A DNA stretch of 64,000 nucleotides, from assembly GCA_047601445.1 (NCBI GenBank), contig JASGJH010000001.1, positions 6,656,001 through 6,720,000 on the forward strand. Direction: 5' to 3'. The DNA is from Myxococcales bacterium (GTDB taxonomy: Bacteria > Myxococcota_A > Polyangia > Polyangiales > DASUME01). The translations under genes and the position numbers were made by a program. A model generated the notes under the pieces. The model was not told the DNA's origin. It did not search any database and saw only the letters and a list, made by a program, of their open reading frames with translations. This document shows positions 28,431 to 37,109 of the stretch, one piece after another (within the stretch, counting starts at the first letter, position 1; each line of letters begins with the position of its first letter).

Positions 28431-29752
28431 GACAGGCACTCCGCGAGCGCTTGGGCGAAGGCGTCGATCTGGGCGTCGGTGATGCACAAGGGCGGCGTGA
28501 GGCACAGCACGCTGGGCGGGGAACCTCCGGGCGAGGTGATGAAGCCCTTCTCGAGCAGAGCGCGCGTCAGCCACAGCACACGCGCTGGATTCGCCTCGGC
28601 TTCGACCTTGGTGAGCTCCACGCCCAGCAACAGGCCGCGACCGCGTACGGCCACGCCCGGGACACGCTCGATGGCACGGCGCATGCGCTCGCCGCGCTCC
28701 ACCGCGCGCGCGCCCACGTCCATGCGCTCGAACTCGGCCAGCACGCTCAGCGCGGCGGCGCAGGCCGGCGGATTGCCGAGGAAAGTGGAAGTGTGGATGG
28801 CCTCCCCGCCCGGGTCGCCCCAGGCGCGCATCACTTCTTCGCGGCCCAGGCAGGCGCTGATCGCCACGCCGCCACCGAGCGCCTTGCCCAAACAGATCAG
28901 ATCCGCCTCGGCGCCCATCTCCAGATGCAACCAGGTGGGACCGGTGCGCCCGAGTCCGGTGTAGATTTCGTCGACGATCAGAAGCGCCCCCTGCTGCTTG
29001 CAGATCTCGGACAGCTCCTGCAGAAAACCCGCCGGCGGCACGTGGACGCCGCCGCGACCCTGGATCGGCTCCACCAACAGCGCACCCACGTTCTCGGGCA
29101 ACGTGGCGAACGCGCGCGCCACGCTCTCGAGGCAAGCCTCCAGCTCGTCGGCGTGGCGCGGGAAGCGCGCGAACGCCACGTGCTGATTGAGCTGAGCCTG
29201 GAAGGGTGCGCGGAAGCCTTCGCTATAGCCACAGGCCGCGAGTGGCCCGTGCGAGAGCCCGTGGTAGCCGCCCTCGAAGGCGATGACTCCCGGGCGCCGC
29301 GTGTAGAGCACGGCCGTCTTGAGTGCGGCCTCGATGGCATCGGCGCCACTCAAGCCGAGGATCACACGCGCGGCCGGAAAGGGGGCACGCCGTGCGAGCT
29401 CCTTCAAGAGCTGCACCTTGGTGTCCGAAGGATGCACGTCGCCCAGCGCATGCAGGAGGTTCTCTTGCTGGATACTCAGGGCCTTCACCACGCTCGGATG
29501 GGCGTGCCCGAACATGGCTGCGCCGAAGCCCGCGGTGAGATCCACGAATACGTTGCCGTCCACGTCGCGCACGTTGGCCCCGCGGGCGCTCTGCCAGCTG
29601 ATGGGGTCGTGGGAAGCGCCACTCGCTTCCTTGCGCCGCGCCCGCCGTGCCGTGAGTGCCGGACACTCCACCTGGGACAGGGTCTCCGCCAGGGCCGCGG
29701 AGCGCGGACCCGGGATTTCTGTGAGCAGGCTGGGCAATTCTTCGCCGAACAT
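28427..29752 (-). CDS. Class III PLP-dependent aminotransferase
   Basis: DVDGNVFVD, GGYHG, VEPIQGRGG, VDEIYTGLGRTG, GKALGGG (PLP Lys), STFLGNP. Confidence 0.92.
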   Translation of the reverse strand: MFGEELPSLLTEIPGPRSAALAETLSQVECPALTARRARRKEASGASHDPISWQSARGANVRDVDGNVFVDLTAGFGAAMFGHAHPSVVKALSIQQENLLHALGDVHPSDTKVQLLKELARRAPFPAARVILGLSGADAIEAALKTAVLYTRRPGVIAFEGGYHGLSHGPLAACGYSEGFRAPFQAQLNQHVAFARFPRHADELEACLESVARAFATLPENVGALLVEPIQGRGGVHVPPAGFLQELSEICKQQGALLIVDEIYTGLGRTGPTWLHLEMGAEADLICLGKALGGGVAISACLGREEVMRAWGDPGGEAIHTSTFLGNPPACAAALSVLAEFERMDVGARAVERGERMRRAIERVPGVAVRGRGLLLGVELTKVEAEANPARVLWLTRALLEKGFITSPGGSPPSVLCLTPPLCITDAQIDAFAQALAECLS

Positions 29753-29933
29753 CGCAGCGAGTGTACCCCCGGGAACGCCCGCTGCCCATGCCCGCGGCGC
29801 GTAGCACCTGGGCCCCCCGCGACGACCTGAAAGCCCATGAGCCGCTCCCGGAGTTCACGCGCCCTTCGCCGAGCGCACTCGAAGCTGCGCGGCGTGCGCC
29901 CGTGAGCGCGCGCTTCCAAACAAGGGGGATCTC

Positions 29934-31224
29934 GTGACGCAAGACGCCATCCTGCTGCACGGCGTGCGGGTGTTCGACGGCCATCACGGAAGCCTCCGGG
30001 AAGCCTGTGATGTGCTCGTGCGCGGTCGTCACATCGACTCCATCGGACCCGTTTCGGATCATCCACCGTCGGGCCCTGGCTTGAAGGTGATCGAGGGCAA
30101 GGGACGGGTGCTGATGCCGGGCCTCATCGACGCCCATTGGCACAGCATCTTCGCCGCGATCTCCCTGGCCGACGGCTACACCGCCGATGCTCCCTTCTTG
30201 CACCTTGTGGCGGGCCGCGAGGCCGAGCGTACGTTGCTGCGCGGCTTCACTACGGTGCGCGACGCGGGTGGGCCTGCCTTTGCGCTCAAGCGCGCCATCG
30301 ACCAGGGCATCCAGCCGGGTCCGCGCATCTTCCCGTGTGGGGCTTTCATCACGCAGACCTCGGGCCACGGCGACTTTCGCATGCGCCACGAGCTCCCGCG
30401 CGATCCATGCCGGCACCTCACGCACACCGAGATGATGGGCGCGGCTAGTATCGCCGACGGAGCGAGCGCCGTGCTCCGCGCCGTGCGCGAGCAGCTCATG
30501 CTCGGGGCCAGTCAGATCAAGTTGATGGCCGGGGGGGGGCGTCTCCTCGCCGCACGATCCCATCGACGTCACGCAATACACGGAGGCCGAAATGCGCGCC
30601 GCCGTCGAGGCCGCGGACAACTGGGGCACCTACGTGATGGTTCATGCCTACACGCCGAGGGCGATCGAGCAGGCCATCCGCGTGGGCGTGCGCTGCATCG
30701 AGCACGGGCACTTGGTGGACGAACCCACCGCGCAGCGCATCGCCGAGACGGGCACCTGGTGGAGCATGCAGCCGTTCCTCGACGATGAGGACTCCATCCC
30801 GCTGCCTGACCCGTCCGCACGCCAGAAGCAGCTCGAGGTCATTGCGGGCACCGAGCGCGCGTATGCGCTAGCCAAGAAATGCGGCGTGAAGCTGGCCTGG
30901 GGAACCGACGTGTTGTTCGATGCGTCACTCGCGGCGCGCCAAGGGAAGATCCTCGCCAAGATGACGCGCTGGTTCAGCCCCGCTGACGTGCTGATCTCGG
31001 CCACCTCCGGCAATGCGGAGCTGCTCGCGCTCTCGGGCAATCGCAACCCCTACGCAGGAAAGCTCGGCGTGGTGGAGCGCGGCGCGCTCGCGGATCTACT
31101 CCTGGTGGATGGCAATCCGCTGACGGACGTTTCCTTGCTTGCCCGTCCGGAGCGCGCGCTGGTGATGATCATGAAGGACGGCGTGATCCACAAGGACACC
31201 AGCGGCGAGCTCAATCAGCGCTAG
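29934..31224 (+). pseudogene. Metal-dependent amidohydrolase with a +1 frameshift in a G9 run (30531-30539)
   Basis: PGLIDAHWH, GFTTVRDAGG, IKLMAGGG, then MVHAY, IEHG, WGTD in the next frame. G8 restores MAGGGVSSPHDP. Confidence 0.85.
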
Positions 31225-31311
31225 CTATGCGGGCCGCCAAGCCCCTGGGAGAAGCACGTCGGCGGTGCCGCGCACTGATGCTGAAAAACGCTGCAGTAGA
31301 AGGTCTGCGCG

Positions 31312-32451
31312 CTACTTCACGATCGCCTTCGCCACGGCTTCGGACAACACGGTCACCACGTCGAGCCCGGTGAGGTCTGCGCCCGAGAGCGCCGTACTGG
31401 CCACGTCCGCGGAGCCGCCGATGCGTGTGAATACGATCTCGTGCTCGGGGTCCACGCCGATGACCTGTCCGCCCAGTCCCAGTGCGGCGAAGGTCGTGTC
31501 GGGCAGGGCGGGCATTTGCTTGCCGTCGCCTTCGCGCCGACCCGGTGAAGAGGGCAACACGTAGTGACCCGGTTGGTTGAGCCACCACAGATAACCGTAA
31601 GCCGAGTTGAGTTCGGTGGAGATGGAGGTGGCCTCCGCGACCCAGGCCTCGGAGACGATGCGCTTGCCGTCGGCCCACTCGCCCTTGCGCAGAAACAGAT
31701 AGCCGAAGCGCGCGAGGTCGCGGCAAGAGGCACTCAGGTCGGCGAACATCACGCTGTTGCCCGCGCCGTCGTGGCCCATGTGGGACTTCATGCCGATGGG
31801 CTCGAGCAGGTTGGTGCGAGCGTAGTCGGCCACATCACTCACGCCGAGCGAGACCTTGAGCACGCGCTCGAGGGTCTGAATCGCGCTGTTGTTGTACTCC
31901 CAGTAGCTCCCGGGATCGTGGTCTTGTCCGAGGTCGATGGCGAACTGGGTCTTGTCGCTGGCGCCTGCGGCCATGCGCACGTAGTCGGTGAGGAAGCTCC
32001 ACTCGCGCCCGCTCGAGTTGCTCAGAAGTTGCTGTACGGTCACCGCCGCGCTCGCGCCGCCCTGCCACTCGCTGATGTACTTGGAAGCCGGGTCGTGGAT
32101 GCTCAAGCGTCCCTGATCTTGCGCGATGCCCACGAGCGTACTGGTGAACGACTTGGTGGCGGAGAACACCACTTGCTCGCTCTCCGCCGTCCAGCCGTCC
32201 CAGTACCACTCGGCCACGATGCGTCCCTTGCGCGTGACCACCAGGCAGTGCGAGTCGTTGCCGTCAGCGGTCTTGGCGAGCTCGTCGAGCGCTGCGGAGT
32301 CGAAACCGAGTGCTGCGGGCTCCGCCGTGGCCCAATCCGGATTCGGGTAGATCACGCTGTGATCGTCCAGCAGGTTGCTCGATTCTTGGGAATCGGAGGC
32401 GCAGGCGGGACCAAGCGCGACGGCGAGCAGGAGAGGGGCAAGCTGCTTCAT
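31312..32451 (-). CDS. Serine hydrolase, beta-lactamase/AmpC-like family lipoprotein
   Basis: SxxK (FSATKS), YxN (EYNN), YGYLWW, lipobox-like GPAC. Confidence 0.88.
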   Translation of the reverse strand: MKQLAPLLLAVALGPACASDSQESSNLLDDHSVIYPNPDWATAEPAALGFDSAALDELAKTADGNDSHCLVVTRKGRIVAEWYWDGWTAESEQVVFSATKSFTSTLVGIAQDQGRLSIHDPASKYISEWQGGASAAVTVQQLLSNSSGREWSFLTDYVRMAAGASDKTQFAIDLGQDHDPGSYWEYNNSAIQTLERVLKVSLGVSDVADYARTNLLEPIGMKSHMGHDGAGNSVMFADLSASCRDLARFGYLFLRKGEWADGKRIVSEAWVAEATSISTELNSAYGYLWWLNQPGHYVLPSSPGRREGDGKQMPALPDTTFAALGLGGQVIGVDPEHEIVFTRIGGSADVASTALSGADLTGLDVVTVLSEAVAKAIVK

Positions 32452-32569
32452 GGGAACCCTGTGCGAAGGAAGAGGAAGAGGGGACAGGGCTCGCATAACA
32501 CGGAGGGGTAGGCGCGGAATAGGGGAGAGACGGGGAGAGAGCGAGCGGGGAGAGCGAGCACGTGCACGT

Positions 32570-32633
32570 GCACGACGACGAGCAAGCGCACGACGACGAG
32601 CAAGCGCACGACGACGAGCAGGCGCACGACGAT
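32570..32633. repeat. 18-bp tandem repeat, about 3.5 copies
   Basis: GCACGACGACGAGCAAGC at 32570, 32588, 32606 (one mismatch) and a partial copy at 32624; intergenic. Confidence 0.85.
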
Positions 32634-32696
32634 CCTCGTCCCCGTCTCACGCCACGCTCACGTGCACCTTCGTGCTCGTGCTGGGCTGTTCCAGCC

Positions 32697-33632
32697 CTAC
32701 CGCTTTCTCCACGGATAAAACGGTAAGCCCACTGCTCTCGCCTGTTTCATCTGCTCCGGCGAATCCAGCACGACGACCTCGAAGGGCCGCGCGAACTCTC
32801 CGCCTACGTCCCAGATCTTCGCGCTGATCTCTGGCAAGTGCTTGCGGAAGGCGGGTTCGATGCGCAGGGCGACGCTCGGGTTGGGGCGTCCCTGGCCGCG
32901 CTCGGCTTGCACCACGCAGGCCCACTCGACCTCGGGATACTCTCGCAGCACCGCCGTGAAGGCGTCGAACAGCTCCTCCGACGGCGTCTCCTCGAGTATT
33001 TCCATGGTGGCAGTGGGCGGCGCGCCGAAGGTCGCCGACACGCTCTGCAGGTCTGGATCCGGCGTGACCGACGACGGCTTGAGCGAGCTGCGCGGCGGCT
33101 CCACCGGCATCTCGTAGGTTTCGCGGCCACCGAGGCCGGGCGCTGGCGGCCGCACGCTGACGCGCTTCACGGAGAGTCCGTCGGGCGTGGGACGCGAGCG
33201 CGAGACCACCGAGAGTCCTTCGAAAGAAGGGGGACGTGTGCTGGGCAGCGTGGAGAGCAACTCCATCTCGCCCTGGTCGAGCTCGAGCACGTGATCGGCC
33301 GCGATGTCCACCACCAGCATGCTCGCGTGGGTGAACTTGGCGTAGCGCAGCGCATCAGGCAGCGACACCAGGCAACTCGGTACGCGCCCGTCGTGCTCAA
33401 TCCACGCGTAGCGCGCGGCGGCGTCCTCGAGCTGACGCTCGGAGCTGAACAGACACAGGGCGGTGATGCCCTGGGAGTTGGTGAGTGCGCGCAGGGAGGC
33501 CGGGTCCGTAGGCCAGGTGGCCGCCCAAAGCTCCGCCCCGCGCAGAGCCGTCAGCACCTTGGGGCGGTGCGAGGGGTCGCGCGCGGCCGCAACCAGCGCA
33601 TGAAGCAGCGCGAGGGACGCTTCGTGACTCAC
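32697..33632 (-). CDS. SseB-family-like protein
   Basis: N-terminal ALCLFSS..L module; C-terminal LREYPEVEWA...LPFY resembles SseB_C. Confidence 0.65.
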   Translation of the reverse strand: MSHEASLALLHALVAAARDPSHRPKVLTALRGAELWAATWPTDPASLRALTNSQGITALCLFSSERQLEDAAARYAWIEHDGRVPSCLVSLPDALRYAKFTHASMLVVDIAADHVLELDQGEMELLSTLPSTRPPSFEGLSVVSRSRPTPDGLSVKRVSVRPPAPGLGGRETYEMPVEPPRSSLKPSSVTPDPDLQSVSATFGAPPTATMEILEETPSEELFDAFTAVLREYPEVEWACVVQAERGQGRPNPSVALRIEPAFRKHLPEISAKIWDVGGEFARPFEVVVLDSPEQMKQARAVGLPFYPWRKR

Positions 33633-34104
33633 GAGCGGATTGAATCACCGAGCCGACGCGAAATGCAAATTGCCGTTTTGAGTCAGGCACATAACGCATT
33701 TACGAAACATCGAAATGGGCCTTGTAAAGGTTCGCCTGACAACACGGTTCAGGGGCCTGCCTTCGGTGCGGCGCCTCACGGGGCCGACCTGCTTCGGAGC
33801 GACAAGGGCGCCCCATGTCGTGCACAAATCATGACGCGAGGGGCTTCCAAGGGGGCCTGTCTCACCGAACATACGCGGCGTATCGATACTCCGGCGTCCT
33901 TTTACTGAGCCCCGTTTTTTAGCTGCTGAATCACCTGGTCCTCGAATCCCTTGCCCTGCCGCATGGCCTCCGCGGGATCGCCGAAGCGCAGCAAACCCGC
34001 GCCACGCGCGCTCTGCAGCCCGAGCCCGCGCCCAACTTTTCTCTCATTCACCCCAGCGTCGTCCCTAACAAACTCCCGGGTGCCGTCTCTACCGCGCAAC
34101 CCCA

Positions 34105-35569
34105 ATGCGCCGCCTCGCTGTCTCGCTCCTCCTCCTCGCCGCCTGTGACTCCTCTTCTTCTGGCCCTGAACCGCCGCCGTTCGGCAGTCCGCAGTACGAC
34201 CGGGTGCGTGAGACCATCGAATCCGCCGCCCGACGTCTGCACCGATGTCGATGGGGACGGCCAGTACGCGAGCTGCCGGCTAACCACACCGCCCGTGGTG
34301 GACTGCGACGACATGGACGCCGAGCGCAAGGCTGGGCTCGTCGAAGTCTGCAATGGCATCGACGACGACTGCAACGGTGTGGTGGACGACGGCGCGGGCG
34401 CACCCGCCTGTGCTCTGAGCTGCGCCATGCCTGCCAGTGGTTGCGAGAGCCTCACCAAGCTTGTGGCCGGCGACAACCATGCCTGCGCGCTCACCGAACA
34501 AGGCCGAGTGGTGTGCTGGGGCAGCACCGGTGCGCTCGCCACGAGTCCGATGGCGGTGGACCGCACGTGGACGTACGTGCCCGGCATCGAGGGCGCCAAG
34601 GACATCGACGCCGAGGGCAGCCGCACCTGCGTGCGCAAGGGCACGCAGGCCATCTGCTGGGACGCCACCCTGCTCATCCCCACCGCGTTCGAGATCGGAG
34701 CGGAGTTGCCCATCGCCCTCACGCGCCAGGCCCTGTGCGTGCGCGAGCGAGGCACCGTTTGTTGGCGATTCGACGAGGGCCCCGCTGAGCCCAGCGCGGA
34801 CAGCGTAGCCACCAGCTACTTCGAAGTGCCCGATACCATCGCTGCCGGTGCATCCCTCGTCTGCGGCCTCAACACCACCAACGGCCTCGAATGCGTGGAC
34901 ACGTCCAAGGATCCGGCGGAGTGGCAGTCCACGCGGACTTCCACTGCCGACGTGATTTCGGTGGGCCAGCGCATCTGTGCGATCGAGAAGAACCCAGCTG
35001 GCGTGCGCTGCTGGGACGCCAACGGCGTGCCGACCATTCCCGGCACTGCGGACGTGGTGGAAATCGCCTCCGGTTCTGGCATCGAGTGCGGGCGCACCTC
35101 CGCCGGCAAGGCCTGGTGTTGGACGGGCCCCGATCCAGTCGAGACCACCATGTTCAAGCAGATCGCCACCGGTAAGGGCTTCGGTTGCGGCATCACCAGC
35201 GCGGGCGACGTGCAGTGCTGGGGCTCCTTGGCGGGCAATCCCGTGGCCCAGGCCGAGGTCTACCAGAAGGGCCCCGTGCTCCACGCGGGCGGTGCTCCGC
35301 TCGGCAAGTGCGACACCGCGGCCGACCTCAAGGTGCTGTGGACCAAGCCACTCACGGCCAACCTCGACACTTGCTCCGACCAGTGCGGCGGCTCCACCAG
35401 CGCCACCTGCGAGCAGCAGTGTCTGGTGCAAGCGCGCAGCCTCACCGCCGACTGCGCGGCTTGCTTCGCCACCTACGGCCGCTGCGAGGGCGATGAGGCC
35501 ACTTGCCAGGCCGCGCTCGAGGCCTGCGCGGGCTTCGACGCCAATCACTACACCTCGAGGACGATGTGA
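34105..35569 (+). pseudogene. Lipoprotein with putative metal-binding (DxDGDG / EVCNGIDDDCNG) motif and RCC1-like repeats; +1 frameshift near 34220
   Basis: Signal/lipobox LLLAAC in the 34105 frame, body in the 34145 frame; AGDNHACAL and CWG repeats. Confidence 0.72.
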
Positions 35570-36363
35570 TGAACAAGTTGGTCAAACTCTGGTTCTTGGC
35601 GGCCGCCTTGTGTGCGGCTTGCGGCGGCGACGAAGCGCCGAGCTGCTACGGGAACCCGGACCCCAGCTGCTACAGCGAAGGCATCATGTGCGAAGACGAC
35701 AGCCAGTGCCGCAGCGGCTACTGCGCGCTTCCGCACTTGCCCTACGAAGCGGACCAGGACGCCAAGCTGTGCCGGGAACGGCCCGCCTGTGAGCTCGACG
35801 GCTGCGAGAGGTGCGCGCTGCTCGGTGAGCTCGGGCGCACCGATGGCCCCATGGATCAACCCGTGTGCGTGGACGCGTGCTTCGGCGACCAGGTCTCTTG
35901 CAGCGTATGCGGCTGTCCTCAGCTCGCCATCTGCGATGCTGCCACCGACCGCTGCATGGCGCGCCCCGACTGGCTCGCTCAGGGCTCGGGTTGCACCAAG
36001 GACACCGACTGTGAGAGCGGCTACTGTCGCCCGAACAACGCACCCGACGCGCCCGCCCCGCGTGTGTGCGCGACCCCGAACGAGACCTCCTGCAACTGGA
36101 CCAACAGCCCCTGTTTCGGCGGGAGCTGCTGGGATTCGGTGGCCTATACGGGCCCGGTGTGCCGCGCGTCCTGCGAGAGCCAGGCCGACTGCACGAGCAG
36201 CACCGGAGCTTCCTTCGCCTGCGTGGCTACCGAGGACGGCAAGGGCTTCGAGTGTCGCCTGAGCTGCAGCTCCAATAACTGTGGAGGAATCACCGGGGGC
36301 CCCGGTCGCTGCGATACGGGCACGCTCAAAGAGGGCGGCTCCACCATGCTGTGTCCCTTCTGA
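35569..36363 (+). CDS. Cys-rich lipoprotein
   Basis: MNKLVKLWFLAAALCAAC; CxxDxxCxSGYC repeats; TGATG overlap with the upstream gene. Confidence 0.75.
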   Translation: MNKLVKLWFLAAALCAACGGDEAPSCYGNPDPSCYSEGIMCEDDSQCRSGYCALPHLPYEADQDAKLCRERPACELDGCERCALLGELGRTDGPMDQPVCVDACFGDQVSCSVCGCPQLAICDAATDRCMARPDWLAQGSGCTKDTDCESGYCRPNNAPDAPAPRVCATPNETSCNWTNSPCFGGSCWDSVAYTGPVCRASCESQADCTSSTGASFACVATEDGKGFECRLSCSSNNCGGITGGPGRCDTGTLKEGGSTMLCPF

Positions 36364-36428
36364 CTCACCCGAGTAGAGAGGCGCTGAACTGCTAGTATCG
36401 CGCCGCGCCTGCCGCCGGGGGACGAACC

Positions 36429-37109
36429 GTGAACCAAGCCACATACGCCTGCCTGTTGCTGGGGCTCTCGGCCTGCACGTTCAACCTCGATGTGAACACG
36501 GTGAACAATGGTCCGGTGCTGGGCGCGGGCGATGCCAAAGTCGATGCGGCTCCGGAGCATGAGCAAGACGCTTCGATGGTGCCGCTGCGGCACCCCGCCT
36601 GCCAAACAACCCTTCCCACGCCACTGCCCGCGCCGCCCGCCGTGCGTTCCGACGCCACCGGCCGCCCGGCCTTCGACCTGTGGCGCGCCCTCGACTGCCG
36701 CTCGCTCACGGATTATCCGCAATGTTCTCCCACCAACATGGTGGGTACGGCCAGCTGGCGCTGCGATGCCTGCCTGCTGGGCGACAGCGACGCCGGGGTC
36801 TGCTCGAGCGCCGATGGCGCCTGCGAGCTCCTCACCACGCGCGATGGCGAGTGCCAGGCCTGTGCGCCCGTGGCCGCCAAGCGGCGTGCCTGTTGTCTCG
36901 GCCTGCCCGGGTTCGACTGCCGCGAATGGCCATACGTCTCCGATAGCCAGCGCGGCGAAGCCTGCGCGCGCCACGAGGACTGCGAGCCAGGTCTGATGTG
37001 CAAGCAAGCCGAGGGCGAGCTTATCGCGCGCTGCGCGTGCCCCGAAGAGACGCTGTTCAAGCTCGAAGGGGCCGGCTGCAACCTGCCGCGTGGGAGTGAG
37101 GGAACATGA
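36429..37109 (+). CDS. Cys-rich lipoprotein
   Basis: Lipobox LSAC; module ACCxGLxGFDCxxWPY...CxxHEDCEPGLxC. Confidence 0.75.
   Translation: MNQATYACLLLGLSACTFNLDVNTVNNGPVLGAGDAKVDAAPEHEQDASMVPLRHPACQTTLPTPLPAPPAVRSDATGRPAFDLWRALDCRSLTDYPQCSPTNMVGTASWRCDACLLGDSDAGVCSSADGACELLTTRDGECQACAPVAAKRRACCLGLPGFDCREWPYVSDSQRGEACARHEDCEPGLMCKQAEGELIARCACPEETLFKLEGAGCNLPRGSEGT

Noticed and set aside
26067..29752. Bioluminescence (lux) operon
   Set aside because: No luxA/luxB luciferase, luxD or luxG in the window.
31312..32451. Antibiotic-resistance beta-lactamase
   Set aside because: It has SxxK and YxN but no KTG triad, which fits the broad esterase/amidase serine hydrolase family.
32570..32633. CRISPR array or repeat-coding ORF
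   Set aside because: No spacers; the overlapping ORFs are low-complexity translations of the repeat.
33640..34100. Structured ncRNA, or small ORF 33902-34105
   Set aside because: The CTTCGG loops lack paired stems, I recognise no RNA family, and the ORF has no motif support. A divergent promoter region is sufficient explanation.
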